From Planctomycetia bacterium (lineage in GTDB: Bacteria > Planctomycetota > Planctomycetia > Pirellulales > UBA1268), in the NCBI GenBank assembly GCA_046339335.1, contig JBKDUV010000043.1, positions 1 to 41,910 of the forward strand: a stretch of 41,910 bases of DNA. The letters are read 5' to 3'. Below the pieces are notes generated by a model. The model was not told the DNA's origin and searched no databases. It was given only the letters and a program-made list of their open reading frames with translations. Both the position numbers and the translations under genes were made by a program. The stretch's first letter is position 1; the number at the start of each line of letters is the position of its first letter. This document shows positions 9,603 to 20,012 of this stretch, piece after piece.

Positions 9603-10880
9603 TCAGGCGAACAGCTCCTTGATAACCTTGCCCGCGTTGGCGATCTTCATCGGCCGGCCGTTCTTGGCGGTGAACGTCGTCTCCAGGGAGACGCCGAGCG
9701 ACTTCAGCACGCTGGCCATCACGTCCTGCGACGTGTAGGGCTCGCTCACGACCTCGCGGCCGTCGGGGCTCGTCTCACCGACCACGATCCCGCGCTTGAA
9801 GCCGGCACCGCCGACGACCACGCTCCAGCTTCGTGCCCAATGGTCTCGGCCAGCCCCGCCGTTGATGTTCGGCGTGCGGCCAAACTCGCCCATCCAGATG
9901 ATGGCGGTGTCCTCGAGCAGGCCGCGGTCGGAGAGGTCGGCCACCAGGGCGGCCATCGCCTTGTCGAGTTCCGGCAGCTTGCGGTCGCGGAGCGTGGCAA
10001 AGATGTCAGCGTGGTTGTCCCAGCCGCCGAGATCCACCTCCACGAACGGCACCCCCATCTCCACGAGGCGGCGGGCCATCAGGCAGCCGCGGCCGAAGCC
10101 GGTGTTCCCGTACGCATCGAGGACATCCTTCGGCTCCTTCGCCACCTTGAAGGCATCCATCTGCTTGCTGGTAAGCAGCTTGACGGTCTTCTCCACGACC
10201 TTCTGGTGCTCGTCCGCCGAGCCGCCCCGCTTTTCCCCGATGAAGCCCGCCTCGACCGTCCCGAGCATGGCCAGCCGCTGCTGGAGACGGACCGGGTCGA
10301 TTCCCATGTCGAGGTTCCGCACGTTGCCGTTGGAGTCGACGGAGAACGGAGCCCAGGCCATCCCCAGGAATCCAGGGCCGACGCTTCCCCCGCCAACCGA
10401 GATGAACGGGGGGATTTCCAGATCGGCGACCTGCTTGGCGAGTTCGTGGGCGATCACCGAGCCGTAGCCGGGGTGCTCGACATTGGGATTGGGGACGTAT
10501 CCGGTGTGCATGTAGTAGCGGCCGCGGTTGTGGTCGGCCTCGCGGGTGCTCAGCGAGCGGACGACGGCCATGTGGTGCATCTGCTTGGCCATCAGCGGCA
10601 TGTGCTCGCAGATCGCGACGCCGTCGGCGGACGTGCCGATCGGCCGGAAGGGGCCGCCGGTGGGGGCGCCGGGCTTGAGATCCCAGATGTCGATGGTGCT
10701 CGGTCCGCCCCCCATCCAGAGAAGGATCGCCGCCTTGTGCCGCTTGCGCAGGTCGGTGGCGTTGGCGGCCAGCGACTGCGTGAACGTCGCCGCCGGGGCG
10801 GCCAGCGCCGCGGCGCCGGCGAGGTGCGAGACGAAATGCCGTCGCGACATGCCGGCGGGAACGCAGGAAAAGGGGTTCAT
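9603..10880 (-). CDS. DUF1501 domain protein (sulfatase-fold, Tat signal)
   Basis: ATG 10880 after GGAGACC. It has the twin-arginine motif SRRHFV and a DUF1501-type core (LWMGGGPSTIDIWDLKP...GRDHW). Confidence 0.9.
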   Translation of the reverse strand: MNPFSCVPAGMSRRHFVSHLAGAAALAAPAATFTQSLAANATDLRKRHKAAILLWMGGGPSTIDIWDLKPGAPTGGPFRPIGTSADGVAICEHMPLMAKQMHHMAVVRSLSTREADHNRGRYYMHTGYVPNPNVEHPGYGSVIAHELAKQVADLEIPPFISVGGGSVGPGFLGMAWAPFSVDSNGNVRNLDMGIDPVRLQQRLAMLGTVEAGFIGEKRGGSADEHQKVVEKTVKLLTSKQMDAFKVAKEPKDVLDAYGNTGFGRGCLMARRLVEMGVPFVEVDLGGWDNHADIFATLRDRKLPELDKAMAALVADLSDRGLLEDTAIIWMGEFGRTPNINGGAGRDHWARSWSVVVGGAGFKRGIVVGETSPDGREVVSEPYTSQDVMASVLKSLGVSLETTFTAKNGRPMKIANAGKVIKELFA

Positions 10881-10925
10881 CGGAGGTCTCCGCGGGTTTC
10901 GCCACCGGCCGGGCCGAGGCATGGG

Positions 10926-12647
10926 TCAGTGATTGATGATGAACTCGTTGGAATTGAGGAGCGCCCACCAGACGTCCTGCAGGGCCCCGGTCACGCTTCC
11001 TTCACGGGCCTTGACCAGTTCGGCCGCCACCGCCAGTTCCTTCTTCACGGGCTTGCGGGCCAAGGCGGCCAGGTAGAGCATTTCGACCTTTGCCTTCGCC
11101 GCCTTTTGCGACGCCGACACCGCGTCGAGAAACCCGCCCTTCCCCGTGACGGTCGCCTGCTTGATGAGATCGCCGTTGAACATCATCAGCACCTGGGGGA
11201 TCGAGCCGTCGAAGGTGGTGGCGTCATCCCCCTCGTCCGTGCCGAATGCGATGACGAACTGCGACAACCACTGGTCCTTCTTCTTGGCCGCTTCTTCGGC
11301 ACTCCCGGCCGTCCGATCGGCCTGCGTCGCCGTGAGCAGCGACTCGTACAACTGCTCGGCCTGCATCTGTCGCAGATAGAACCGGGAGAATCGCGGCTTC
11401 TCTCCGAGCGCCGGGTCGTCCGCCGCGTTGCCCCGCGTCGTCCGGCTGGAAAGCCCGTAAGCCCGGGAGAGGACGATCCAGCGGATCAGCGCCTTGATGT
11501 CATAGCCGCCTTCCTCGAACCGCGTCGCCAGACCGTCGAGCAGTTCGGGGTGTGACGGCGGGTTGTGCTCCCCGAGGTCGTCCGCCGGTCGGGTGAAGCC
11601 ATGGCCGAGAAACTGCCCCCAGACGCGGTTCACGATCGCCCTCGTGAACAACGGGCTCGTCCTGATGAACGTCGCCAGTTCGCGCCGCCGGTTCGCGCCG
11701 TACGGCGTTCCGTTTTCCATCTTCCCCGGCAGGTAGCCGCTCTTGGAGATCTCCCGGCCGTCCACGAACACCGGATAGGCGACCTTCATCTGGCCGTTCC
11801 GCAACTCGTAATAGAGCTCGGCCTCCTCCGGGTTGCCCCCCTCGCCCGCCCAGTCCTGATCGACGAGTTCGATCCACTGGACGTCCCGCGATCCGTCGAA
11901 CCGGCGCAGGGCCCGGGTCTGGCGGAAGAAGGCGTTCAGTTCCCAGAACTGGTTTTGCTTCCCCTTGTTGAAGGGATGGTTGTGGCACTGCGTGCATTGA
12001 ACCTGCACCCCGAGGAATACCTGCGCCGTCTTTGCCGTGGCCTGCACGGCATTTTCCACCCCCATCTCCTCGAGCTTCCCACTGAGGAAGTTCGTCGCCC
12101 CGTTGAAGCCGTCGACGTCCTTCCGATTCGTGTTCACCCCGGTCGCCGTGACCAATTCCTCCATGAATCGGTCGTAGGGAATGTTCTTGGAGAACGCCCG
12201 GCGGAGGTACTGCCGCATTCCCGGCCGGCTGACCTTTTGATTCTGCACGTCCCGGCCGATGAGCACCGTCGTCCAGACGTCCGTCAAGTGGCGGGCGTAT
12301 TCGTCGACGTACTCGTCGCCGAGAAGCCGGTCGACGAGCGCCGTCCGCTTCCCCGGAGAGACGTCGGCGAGAAACCGCTGCAGTTCCTCCAGGGTGGGAA
12401 TGCGGCCGACGAGATCGAGATGAACGCGTCGGCACCACTCTCCGTCGGTTGCCGAAGCCGCCGGCTCGAGCCCGGCGTCCGCCCATGATGCGACCAACTG
12501 GTCGTCTATGAAGCGGACCTGCGGGAGAACCGCCCCGAGCGAATCACCATCCGCCGCGGCCGCCGCAGGCGCAACCGTCAGACAGAACCCCAGCACGGCC
12601 GGCAGGACCGGCACACGCCACAGAGCCACCACACGGTCGCGGAACAT
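10926..12647 (-). CDS. DUF1549/DUF1553 domain protein
   Basis: Signal peptide, a DUF1549 block (RRVHLDLVGRIPTLEEL) and a QCTQCHNHPF motif followed by DUF1553-like sequence. This is the classic partner of DUF1501 in Planctomycetota. Confidence 0.9.
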   Translation of the reverse strand: MFRDRVVALWRVPVLPAVLGFCLTVAPAAAAADGDSLGAVLPQVRFIDDQLVASWADAGLEPAASATDGEWCRRVHLDLVGRIPTLEELQRFLADVSPGKRTALVDRLLGDEYVDEYARHLTDVWTTVLIGRDVQNQKVSRPGMRQYLRRAFSKNIPYDRFMEELVTATGVNTNRKDVDGFNGATNFLSGKLEEMGVENAVQATAKTAQVFLGVQVQCTQCHNHPFNKGKQNQFWELNAFFRQTRALRRFDGSRDVQWIELVDQDWAGEGGNPEEAELYYELRNGQMKVAYPVFVDGREISKSGYLPGKMENGTPYGANRRRELATFIRTSPLFTRAIVNRVWGQFLGHGFTRPADDLGEHNPPSHPELLDGLATRFEEGGYDIKALIRWIVLSRAYGLSSRTTRGNAADDPALGEKPRFSRFYLRQMQAEQLYESLLTATQADRTAGSAEEAAKKKDQWLSQFVIAFGTDEGDDATTFDGSIPQVLMMFNGDLIKQATVTGKGGFLDAVSASQKAAKAKVEMLYLAALARKPVKKELAVAAELVKAREGSVTGALQDVWWALLNSNEFIINH

Positions 12648-12805
12648 TCGACCCTCGCTCGCGGGCCATCACGGTTCTCGCCGGACCCGCTCCGAGTATA
12701 TCGGACGCCGGCGACGGAAGTATTTCCGGACTGCCGGAGATGGGAACCCTGCATCAGCGACGGGCCGGGCTGACCGCTCCTGCCAACCGCGGCGAAAACA
12801 CCGGC

Positions 12806-13378
12806 TCAGCGGGCCCCCGCCTTTTCCACCCTCGGGGCTTGAGTCGCCGCACCGGCCTCCTGCCCGACGAACTCGATGATCGCCCGCGGACCGGCGTCCC
12901 CCAGCCTGGGTGTCGCCAGCTTCAGAATTCGCGTGTAGCCCCCGGGCCGGTCCAGGAATCGCGGCGCGACGCGTTCAAACAGGATCCGCGCCGCCTGCTT
13001 GTCCCCGAGCAGACGGACAACACGGCGTCGTGCCTTGACGGCCGGGGCCACTGCCTGGGCCCACTTCGACCATTCAGCGCTTTCCCGCCAGCGCTTCCAC
13101 TCGGCCGAATCCCGCTCGGCATTCGTGGCGAACTGTCGGGCCGCGTCCCCTGCCACAAGGCCCCGCTTGGCGATGGTCACGCAACGCTCGACGAGCGGCC
13201 GCACCTCCTTCGCCTTGGCGAGGGTGGTGACGATCCGGCCGGCGACCTTCGCCGCCCCGGCCTCACCGGCATCGGTCTCGCGCTCGGTGAGCAACAGGGC
13301 GGAAGCCAGATTCCGCAGCAGGGCCCGCTGATGCGACGGGCTGCGCCCGAGCACTCGGCCTTTACGACGATGACGCAT
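12806..13378 (-). CDS. rplQ: 50S ribosomal protein L17 (bL17), extended 190-aa form
   Basis: MRHRRKGRVLGRSPSHQRALLRNLA...TTLAKAKEVRP...GGYTRILK, with internal and C-terminal insertions. Confidence 0.9.
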   Translation of the reverse strand: MRHRRKGRVLGRSPSHQRALLRNLASALLLTERETDAGEAGAAKVAGRIVTTLAKAKEVRPLVERCVTIAKRGLVAGDAARQFATNAERDSAEWKRWRESAEWSKWAQAVAPAVKARRRVVRLLGDKQAARILFERVAPRFLDRPGGYTRILKLATPRLGDAGPRAIIEFVGQEAGAATQAPRVEKAGAR

Positions 13379-13444
13379 GACTGACTCCTCGAATTCCTCA
13401 CCCGGACCGCGACCGCACGACGGCGGACGCGAAGCCGGCAGATA

Positions 13445-14434
13445 TCACGCCCCGGCCCCGGCCGGCAACTGCATGCCGAGCTGCAGACCCAGTTCCCGCA
13501 ACTTTTCCTCGATTTCCTGAACGGTCACGTCTCCCATATTCCGCACCTCGGCAAGCTCCTCCCGCGACCGGGCGACGAGATCGCGCAGATTCTCGATGCC
13601 CGCCTCGTGCAGGCAATTGGCAGCCCGCAGCGAAAGCCGAAGGTCCGAGACCAGCATTCCAAGGCGGCTCTCCAGCGGCGCCTCGACGGCGAACAGGGTC
13701 GCGGCTGCAGGCAGGCTGACCGCCGGCCCGGGCTTTGTGTAGCCGACGAAGGGGTTGAGGTGCTTCCGCAGGATCTTGGCAGCCTCCACCAGGGCCATCT
13801 CCGGCGTCACCGTCCCGTTGGTCCAAATCTCGAGCGACAGGCGGTCGTAGTTCGTCTTCTGGCCGACGCGGGTGTCCTCCACGTCGTACTTCACCCGCGT
13901 GACCGGACTGAACACCGCGTCGACGGGAATGATGCCTATTTCCTGCGACTCCTGGCTGTGCTCGCTGGCGGGCACGTAGCCGCGGCCGTTCTCGACGACC
14001 ATCTCCAACTCGAACGGCACGTCGTCGGTGAGCGTGGCCAGCACGAGATCCTTGTTGACGACCTCGACGGCGTCGTCCGTCTGGATGTCGGCGCCGGTGA
14101 CGGGCCCGCGGGTGCTCTTTTCGACCCGCAGCACCCGGGTGGAATCGCTGTGATTCTTCACCACCAGGCTCTTGACGGCCAGCACGATGTCGGTGACGTC
14201 CTCGAGAACGCCCTTGATCGTGGTGAACTCGTGAAGTGCGCCGGACAGTTTGATCTGCGTGACGGCGCTCCCTTCGAGGCTCGACAGAAGCACCCGCCGC
14301 AGGCTGTTGCCGACGGTCGTGCCAAAGCCGCGCTCGAACGGCTCCGCCAGGAAGCGTCCGTAGGTGGCCGTCAGTGTCTTCTCGTCGGCCACGACCGAGC
14401 CGGGCAATTCAAGCCCTCGCCAGCGGATATGCAT
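13445..14434 (-). CDS. rpoA: DNA-directed RNA polymerase alpha subunit
   Basis: 329 aa with NTD and CTD motifs ([15 protein letters not shown]..., [11 protein letters not shown]). Confidence 0.95.
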   Translation of the reverse strand: MHIRWRGLELPGSVVADEKTLTATYGRFLAEPFERGFGTTVGNSLRRVLLSSLEGSAVTQIKLSGALHEFTTIKGVLEDVTDIVLAVKSLVVKNHSDSTRVLRVEKSTRGPVTGADIQTDDAVEVVNKDLVLATLTDDVPFELEMVVENGRGYVPASEHSQESQEIGIIPVDAVFSPVTRVKYDVEDTRVGQKTNYDRLSLEIWTNGTVTPEMALVEAAKILRKHLNPFVGYTKPGPAVSLPAAATLFAVEAPLESRLGMLVSDLRLSLRAANCLHEAGIENLRDLVARSREELAEVRNMGDVTVQEIEEKLRELGLQLGMQLPAGAGA

Positions 14435-14530
14435 TCACTCACTCCTCGAAGGACGGCCGCCGGGCAGCGGCGGCCGCGATGAAATTTGCTTGATGACGGT
14501 CGGGGACGGCGCCGCCTGCCGGCGGCAAAA

Positions 14531-15157
14531 TTACTTGGAGCACAACTCGATGATCAGATTGGCCTGGACCGGAATCGACACGTCGTCAGTGCCCGGCAGC
14601 CGATCAACGCGCCCCTCGGGCACGCCGGCCTCGACACGCGAGAGGAAGTCGGGAACGTCCCGACGATGCTCCGCAAGGGACGCATGCACCAACTGCAGGC
14701 TCTTCGCCCGGTTCTTGACCCGCACGAGATCGCCGGCCTTGACCAGGTAACTGGGCACGTCGACCCGCTGGCCGTTGATCGTGATGTGACCATGCATGAC
14801 CATCTGCCGGGCGGCAGCCCGCGACGCGGCAAACCCAAGGCGATGCACGATGTTGTCGAGCCGCCGCTCCAGCAGCGACATCAACGCCTCGCCCGTGTTC
14901 CCCCGGCCCCGCTCGGCACGGGCGAAGTAAGTGCGAAACTGACGCTCCAGGACGCCGTAATAGTGCTTGACTTTCTGCTTCTCGCGCAGATGCAGGCCGT
15001 ATTCAGTCGGCTTGCCGCGCCGCTTCTGCACCATGCCAGGAGGAGCCGGCCGCCGCTCGAAGGCGCACTTCGGGGTGTCGCAGCGACTGCCCTTGAGAAA
15101 AAGCTTGAGGCCGTCACGACGGCAGAGTCTGCATACAGGCCCGGTGATTCTTCCCAT
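14531..15157 (-). CDS. rpsD: 30S ribosomal protein S4
   Basis: MGRITGPVCRLCRRDGLKLFLKGSRC... 208 aa. Confidence 0.95.
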   Translation of the reverse strand: MGRITGPVCRLCRRDGLKLFLKGSRCDTPKCAFERRPAPPGMVQKRRGKPTEYGLHLREKQKVKHYYGVLERQFRTYFARAERGRGNTGEALMSLLERRLDNIVHRLGFAASRAAARQMVMHGHITINGQRVDVPSYLVKAGDLVRVKNRAKSLQLVHASLAEHRRDVPDFLSRVEAGVPEGRVDRLPGTDDVSIPVQANLIIELCSK

Positions 15158-15176
15158 GATTGTCGTCTTGTCTGCC

Positions 15177-15202
15177 TGAAGGTGGAAGTTGAAGGTGGAA
15201 GG
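15177..15202 (-). repeat. 13-bp tandem repeat x2 in the rpsK-rpsD spacer
   Basis: Plus strand TGAAGGTGGAAGT TGAAGGTGGAAGG. In mRNA sense this reads CCUUCCACCUUCA ACUUCCACCUUCA, ending 19 nt before the rpsD ATG. Confidence 0.8.
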
Positions 15203-15244
15203 AATGCCCTGACGGTTCGAGCGGCGGCCCCGAGGCCGCTCGCC

Positions 15245-15640
15245 TCACACGCGCCGCTTCTTCGGCGGCCGGCAGCCGTTGTGCGGCAGCGGCGTGATGT
15301 CCTCGATTCTCTTGACGTTCATGCCCGCAGCCTGCAGCGCGGTGATCGCACTCTCCCGGCCGCTGCCTGGCCCCTGGACGCGAACCTCGAGATCCTTGAC
15401 GCCGAACTTGGCAGCCTTTTCCGCCGCCTGCTGCGCCGCGCATTGGCCGGCGAACGGCGTCCCCTTGCGACTCCCCTTGAAGCCGCACGTGCCGCCGCTC
15501 GCCCAACAAAGCGTATCACCACGACCGTCGGTGATTGTGACGGTCGTGTTGTTGAAACTGGCATTGATGTAGGCGATGCCCGACGTGACCGTCCGCTTCT
15601 TCGCCTTGGCTACTTTCGACATGACTACTCCCTGACTCAC
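15245..15640 (-). CDS. rpsK: 30S ribosomal protein S11
   Basis: ...[23 protein letters not shown]...GTPFAGQ... 131 aa. Confidence 0.95.
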   Translation of the reverse strand: MSQGVVMSKVAKAKKRTVTSGIAYINASFNNTTVTITDGRGDTLCWASGGTCGFKGSRKGTPFAGQCAAQQAAEKAAKFGVKDLEVRVQGPGSGRESAITALQAAGMNVKRIEDITPLPHNGCRPPKKRRV

Positions 15641-15691
15641 GCGCCATCCGCCGACGCCATTCCGTCGAGCGGAAGGCGGAGAGACCCGCGA

Positions 15692-16075
15692 TTACTTGAG
15701 ATCCTTGACGCCCTTCTTGCCGGCCACCGTCTTCTTCGGCCCCTTCCGCGTGCGGGCATTCGTCCTCGTCCGCTGCCCGCGCACCGGAAGGCCGCGCCGG
15801 TGCCGCAGGCCCCGGTAGCTCCCGATGTCCTTCAGCCGAGAAATGTTTTGCGCTACCTGGCGTCGCAACTGCCCTTCGACGACGTAGTCCTTGTCGAGCA
15901 GGGCGGCGAGCCGCGCCAACTCGTCCTCATGCAGGTCGCGGGCTCTGCCGAGCGGATCGACACCCGCCTTGTGGCAGAGTTCTCTGGCCACCCGCTGCCC
16001 GACCCCGTAGAGGTACTGGAGGGAATAGACCGTCTTCTTTTCCGACGGGATGTCGACGCCCATCAATCGAGGCAT
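15692..16075 (-). CDS. rpsM: 30S ribosomal protein S13
   Basis: [14 protein letters not shown]...[26 protein letters not shown]. Confidence 0.95.
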   Translation of the reverse strand: MPRLMGVDIPSEKKTVYSLQYLYGVGQRVARELCHKAGVDPLGRARDLHEDELARLAALLDKDYVVEGQLRRQVAQNISRLKDIGSYRGLRHRRGLPVRGQRTRTNARTRKGPKKTVAGKKGVKDLK

Positions 16076-16092
16076 GGTTGTTTTGCTTCCGA

Positions 16093-16137
16093 ATTCGAGT
16101 CAGACAGATTCGAGTCAGGCAGATTCGAGTCAGGCTG
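16093..16137 (-). repeat. 15-bp tandem repeat x3 in the rpmJ-rpsM spacer
   Basis: ATTCGAGTCAGACAG / ATTCGAGTCAGGCAG / ATTCGAGTCAGGCTG. The 11-nt core ATTCGAGTCAG is invariant. Confidence 0.9.
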
Positions 16138-16202
16138 GCCGCGCCCCGGCCTGAAACGTCCTCGCCCGGTGAGGCCAGTCCGCTGCCAAGGTGAGGACCG
16201 CT

Positions 16203-16316
16203 TCACCCCTGCCGTTGCTTGTGACGGGGATCGGCGCAGACGACGAAGACCACGCCACGACGGCGAACGATCTTGCACTTCTCGCACATACGACGAACGC
16301 TGGCGCGAACCTTCAT
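16203..16316 (-). CDS. rpmJ: 50S ribosomal protein L36 (Zn-binding C-x2-C-x12-C-x4-H type), 37 aa
   Basis: Hand translation of the minus strand gives [37 protein letters not shown] followed by TGA. It is not in the ORF track because it is under 60 aa. Confidence 0.93.
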   Translation of the reverse strand: MKVRASVRRMCEKCKIVRRRGVVFVVCADPRHKQRQG

Positions 16317-16385
16317 GGACAAGCTCGTGGTCAGGGCCGACCACGCCTTTTCAGCGGACTTGGAGGGATCACCGGCAAAGGGGCC

Positions 16386-16414
16386 AATATACGTTCACGA
16401 TTCGTGGTTCACAA
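16386..16414 (-). promoter_or_regulatory. candidate sigma70 promoter for rpmJ and the alpha-operon genes
   Basis: Minus strand TTGTGA (16414-16409), a 17-nt spacer, then TATATT (16391-16386). The spacer contains the palindrome CACGA-T-TCGTG (16396-16406). It lies about 60 nt upstream of the rpmJ ATG. Confidence 0.45.
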
Positions 16415-16453
16415 GGGGGTGCATGCAGCGGGGTAATTTCCGCCCGCTGCCGG

Positions 16454-16475
16454 AAAAAACAGCCGGTCCGCCGGC
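16454..16475 (-). terminator. weak intrinsic-terminator-like element 3' of map
   Basis: Minus strand GCCGG-CGGA-CCGGC followed by TGTTTTTT. The stem is only 5 bp, but a T6 run is rare in this DNA. Confidence 0.35.
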
Positions 16476-16482
16476 AGTTCGC

Positions 16483-17292
16483 TCACGCCGCAGGGCTCGC
16501 CCCCCCGACCAACTCGCCGGCGGCAGGTGCCGCCGTCAGCACGACAGGCCCGGCGTCGGTGATCGCCACCGTGTGCTCGAAGTGGGCGCTCGCCATGCCG
16601 TCGACCGTGGCCTGCGTCCAGTGATCGGCCAGCAACCGCACCTTCTTCGAACCCATGTTGACCATCGGCTCCACGGCGACGACCAGCCCGGGCTCGAGTT
16701 CAAAATCGTGGTTTCTGCGGAATGCCGGCGTGCAAAAGTTCGGCACCTGGGGATCCTCGTGCATGGTTCGGCCGATGCCATGGCCGACGAAGTTCTCCAC
16801 GACCGAGAAGCCGTGATCGCGGACGAACTTGGCCATCTCGGCGGCCACATCGCTCCAACGGTTTCGCTCGCCCATCAACTGGATCGCCAGCGCCAGGACG
16901 GAAGACGTGCAGTCGAGCAATTTCCTGACGTCGGCCGCCACCTCGCCGACCGGATACGTCACGGCACAATCACCGCACCAGCCGTCGACACTGAAGCCGG
17001 TATCGACACTGACCACGTCCCCTTCGCGAAGCACCCGCTGCCCAGGGATACCATGGACCACCTCGTCGTTCACCGAGATGCAGCAGACCGCCGGAAAGGG
17101 CACCTTCCCCGGCACGCCCCGGAACAGGGCCACGGCGCCCTGTGCGGCGAAGAACCGATCGACCGCCGCGTCGATCTCCCCCGTGGTCACCCCCGGCCGG
17201 ATCATCGAGCCCGCGATCTGATGAGCCTTCCAGACAACCAGCCCAGCCCGCCGCATGAGACCGATTTCCCGCGTTGAACGCAGATTGATCAC
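16483..17292 (-). CDS. map: type I methionine aminopeptidase
   Basis: 269 aa with metal-ligand motifs ([20 protein letters not shown]). GTG start lies 9 nt after GGAGGA. Confidence 0.93.
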   Translation of the reverse strand: MINLRSTREIGLMRRAGLVVWKAHQIAGSMIRPGVTTGEIDAAVDRFFAAQGAVALFRGVPGKVPFPAVCCISVNDEVVHGIPGQRVLREGDVVSVDTGFSVDGWCGDCAVTYPVGEVAADVRKLLDCTSSVLALAIQLMGERNRWSDVAAEMAKFVRDHGFSVVENFVGHGIGRTMHEDPQVPNFCTPAFRRNHDFELEPGLVVAVEPMVNMGSKKVRLLADHWTQATVDGMASAHFEHTVAITDAGPVVLTAAPAAGELVGGASPAA

Positions 17293-17382
17293 GAACTCTC
17301 ATCCTCCGATCGATCGGCCTGCGTCCACCACGCGACGCACAGGCGCCGGACGCCGCAGGCCGTCTTCGCATCATAGCCAGCC

Positions 17383-17407
17383 GCAGCGGCCGCTGCACGG
17401 CCGCTGC
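17383..17407 (-). other. GC-rich stem-loop in the adk-map spacer
   Basis: GCAGCGGCC-7 nt-GGCCGCTGC, a 9-bp perfect stem with no U-tract. Confidence 0.3.
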
Positions 17408-17423
17408 CCGAAGCCCGCCGTGG

Positions 17424-17999
17424 TCAGCGGCCGCGGCCCGCGCGGCCAAACGTGGCGACCGCCCGGCGCACACGGTCAAACGTCTCCTCCGCGGTGCCAA
17501 GGCCGTCAATGCTCGCCAGTTTGCCCTGCCGAGCGTAGTAATCGAGCAGTGGCGCGGTCTGAAGCTCGAAGCTTTCGATTCGGCGGGCGAACACCGCCGG
17601 GTCGTCGTCCTCGCGTCCCCGGGCGAGCATCCGCCGCACGAGCTCGTCCCGCGGCACGGCCAGTTCGATGACACCGTCGACGCTCATCGCCCGCCGCTCG
17701 AGCAGGTCGTCGAGCGTCTCCGCCTGATGCAGCGTTCGCGGGAAACCGTCGAGCAGACAGCCGTCACGACAATCCGCCGACTCCAGACGTCGGGTCACCA
17801 TGCCAACGATGATGTCGTCGGGCACCAACTGCCCGTTCGTCATGAAGCTGGCAGCCTGCATTCCCTCGGGCGTGCCGGCCCGCACCGCCGACCGTAGCAT
17901 CTCCCCGGTGGAGAGATGCGGGATCCGCAAAAGGTCGACCAATTTCTGGCACTGCGTTCCCTTGCCGGCACCAGGCGGTCCAATGAGGATGATCCGCAT
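17424..17999 (-). CDS. adk: adenylate kinase (short-LID form, no Zn cysteines)
   Basis: MRIILIGPPGAGKGTQ..., LLDGFPRT. 191 aa. Confidence 0.95.
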   Translation of the reverse strand: MRIILIGPPGAGKGTQCQKLVDLLRIPHLSTGEMLRSAVRAGTPEGMQAASFMTNGQLVPDDIIVGMVTRRLESADCRDGCLLDGFPRTLHQAETLDDLLERRAMSVDGVIELAVPRDELVRRMLARGREDDDPAVFARRIESFELQTAPLLDYYARQGKLASIDGLGTAEETFDRVRRAVATFGRAGRGR

Positions 18000-18030
18000 G
18001 GCCGAACCACACGAGGACAGACGACGGGGT

Positions 18031-19392
<1,362 letters not shown>

Positions 19393-19452
19393 GGACTGAC
19401 GCTCCTCGTGGTTGCGGGGCCGCGGGCCGTGGTGCCGGCCGCCGCCACCACC

Positions 19453-19959
19453 TTACCCGCCGACCGGCTTTTTCCGCGATGCCTTTTTCACGCGACGCAC
19501 GACGGGGGCCGGGCCGGGAAGTTCAGTGCAGGTGCCGCCGGCGGCTTCGATCTTCGTCTTCGCCTGGGCGCTGAACCGATGTGCCGACACCCGCAACGCG
19601 TGCTTCAAGTCGCCCGTTCCGAGGATCTTGATCTCGTGCCAGATCCCCTTGGCGAGACCGGCTGCCCGCAATGACTGCGGAGTCACCTCGTCATTGGCCG
19701 AAAAAGCCCCCTGGAGGGCACCGACGTTCACGCTCTTCACGATCGGGGCGTGCGCGTTGTGAAACCCGCGTTTGGGAATCCGGCGGATGAGCGGCATGCC
19801 GCCCCCCTCGAAAATTCCCGCTGCGGACCAGCCGGCCAACTGGCCCTGCCCCTTGTTGCCGCGGCCCGCGGTCCGCCCCCGGCCCGAGCCAGGGCCGCGG
19901 CCGACCCGCAGCCGCTTGGTGTTGCCGTGGATACCCTTGTTGACGTCGTTGATCTTCAT
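19453..19959 (-). CDS. rplO: 50S ribosomal protein L15
   Basis: ...RVGRGPGSGRGRTAGRGNKGQ... 168 aa. Confidence 0.93.
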   Translation of the reverse strand: MKINDVNKGIHGNTKRLRVGRGPGSGRGRTAGRGNKGQGQLAGWSAAGIFEGGGMPLIRRIPKRGFHNAHAPIVKSVNVGALQGAFSANDEVTPQSLRAAGLAKGIWHEIKILGTGDLKHALRVSAHRFSAQAKTKIEAAGGTCTELPGPAPVVRRVKKASRKKPVGG

Positions 19960-20012
19960 GGTGCCGTCCTTTTCCCCACTGCCTTCAGCCTGCGCCCGTT
20001 AGCCCGCCACCT

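Noticed and set aside
16093-16137. Possible CRISPR or other spaced repeat array.
   Set aside because: The units are 15 bp and directly tandem with no spacers. There are only three copies and no cas genes.
14486-16624. 712-aa plus-strand ORF opposite rpsD, rpsK, rpsM and rpmJ. Similar long ORFs are 605..2659, 5821..7962, 9840..11555, 17800..19674, 29882..32056, 31890..33959, 35000..37081 (-) and 36736..38418 (-).
   Set aside because: These are antisense shadow ORFs, typical of roughly 70% GC DNA. They are Arg/Pro/Gly/Ala-rich with low complexity and no family resemblance, and each lies opposite a confidently identified conserved gene.
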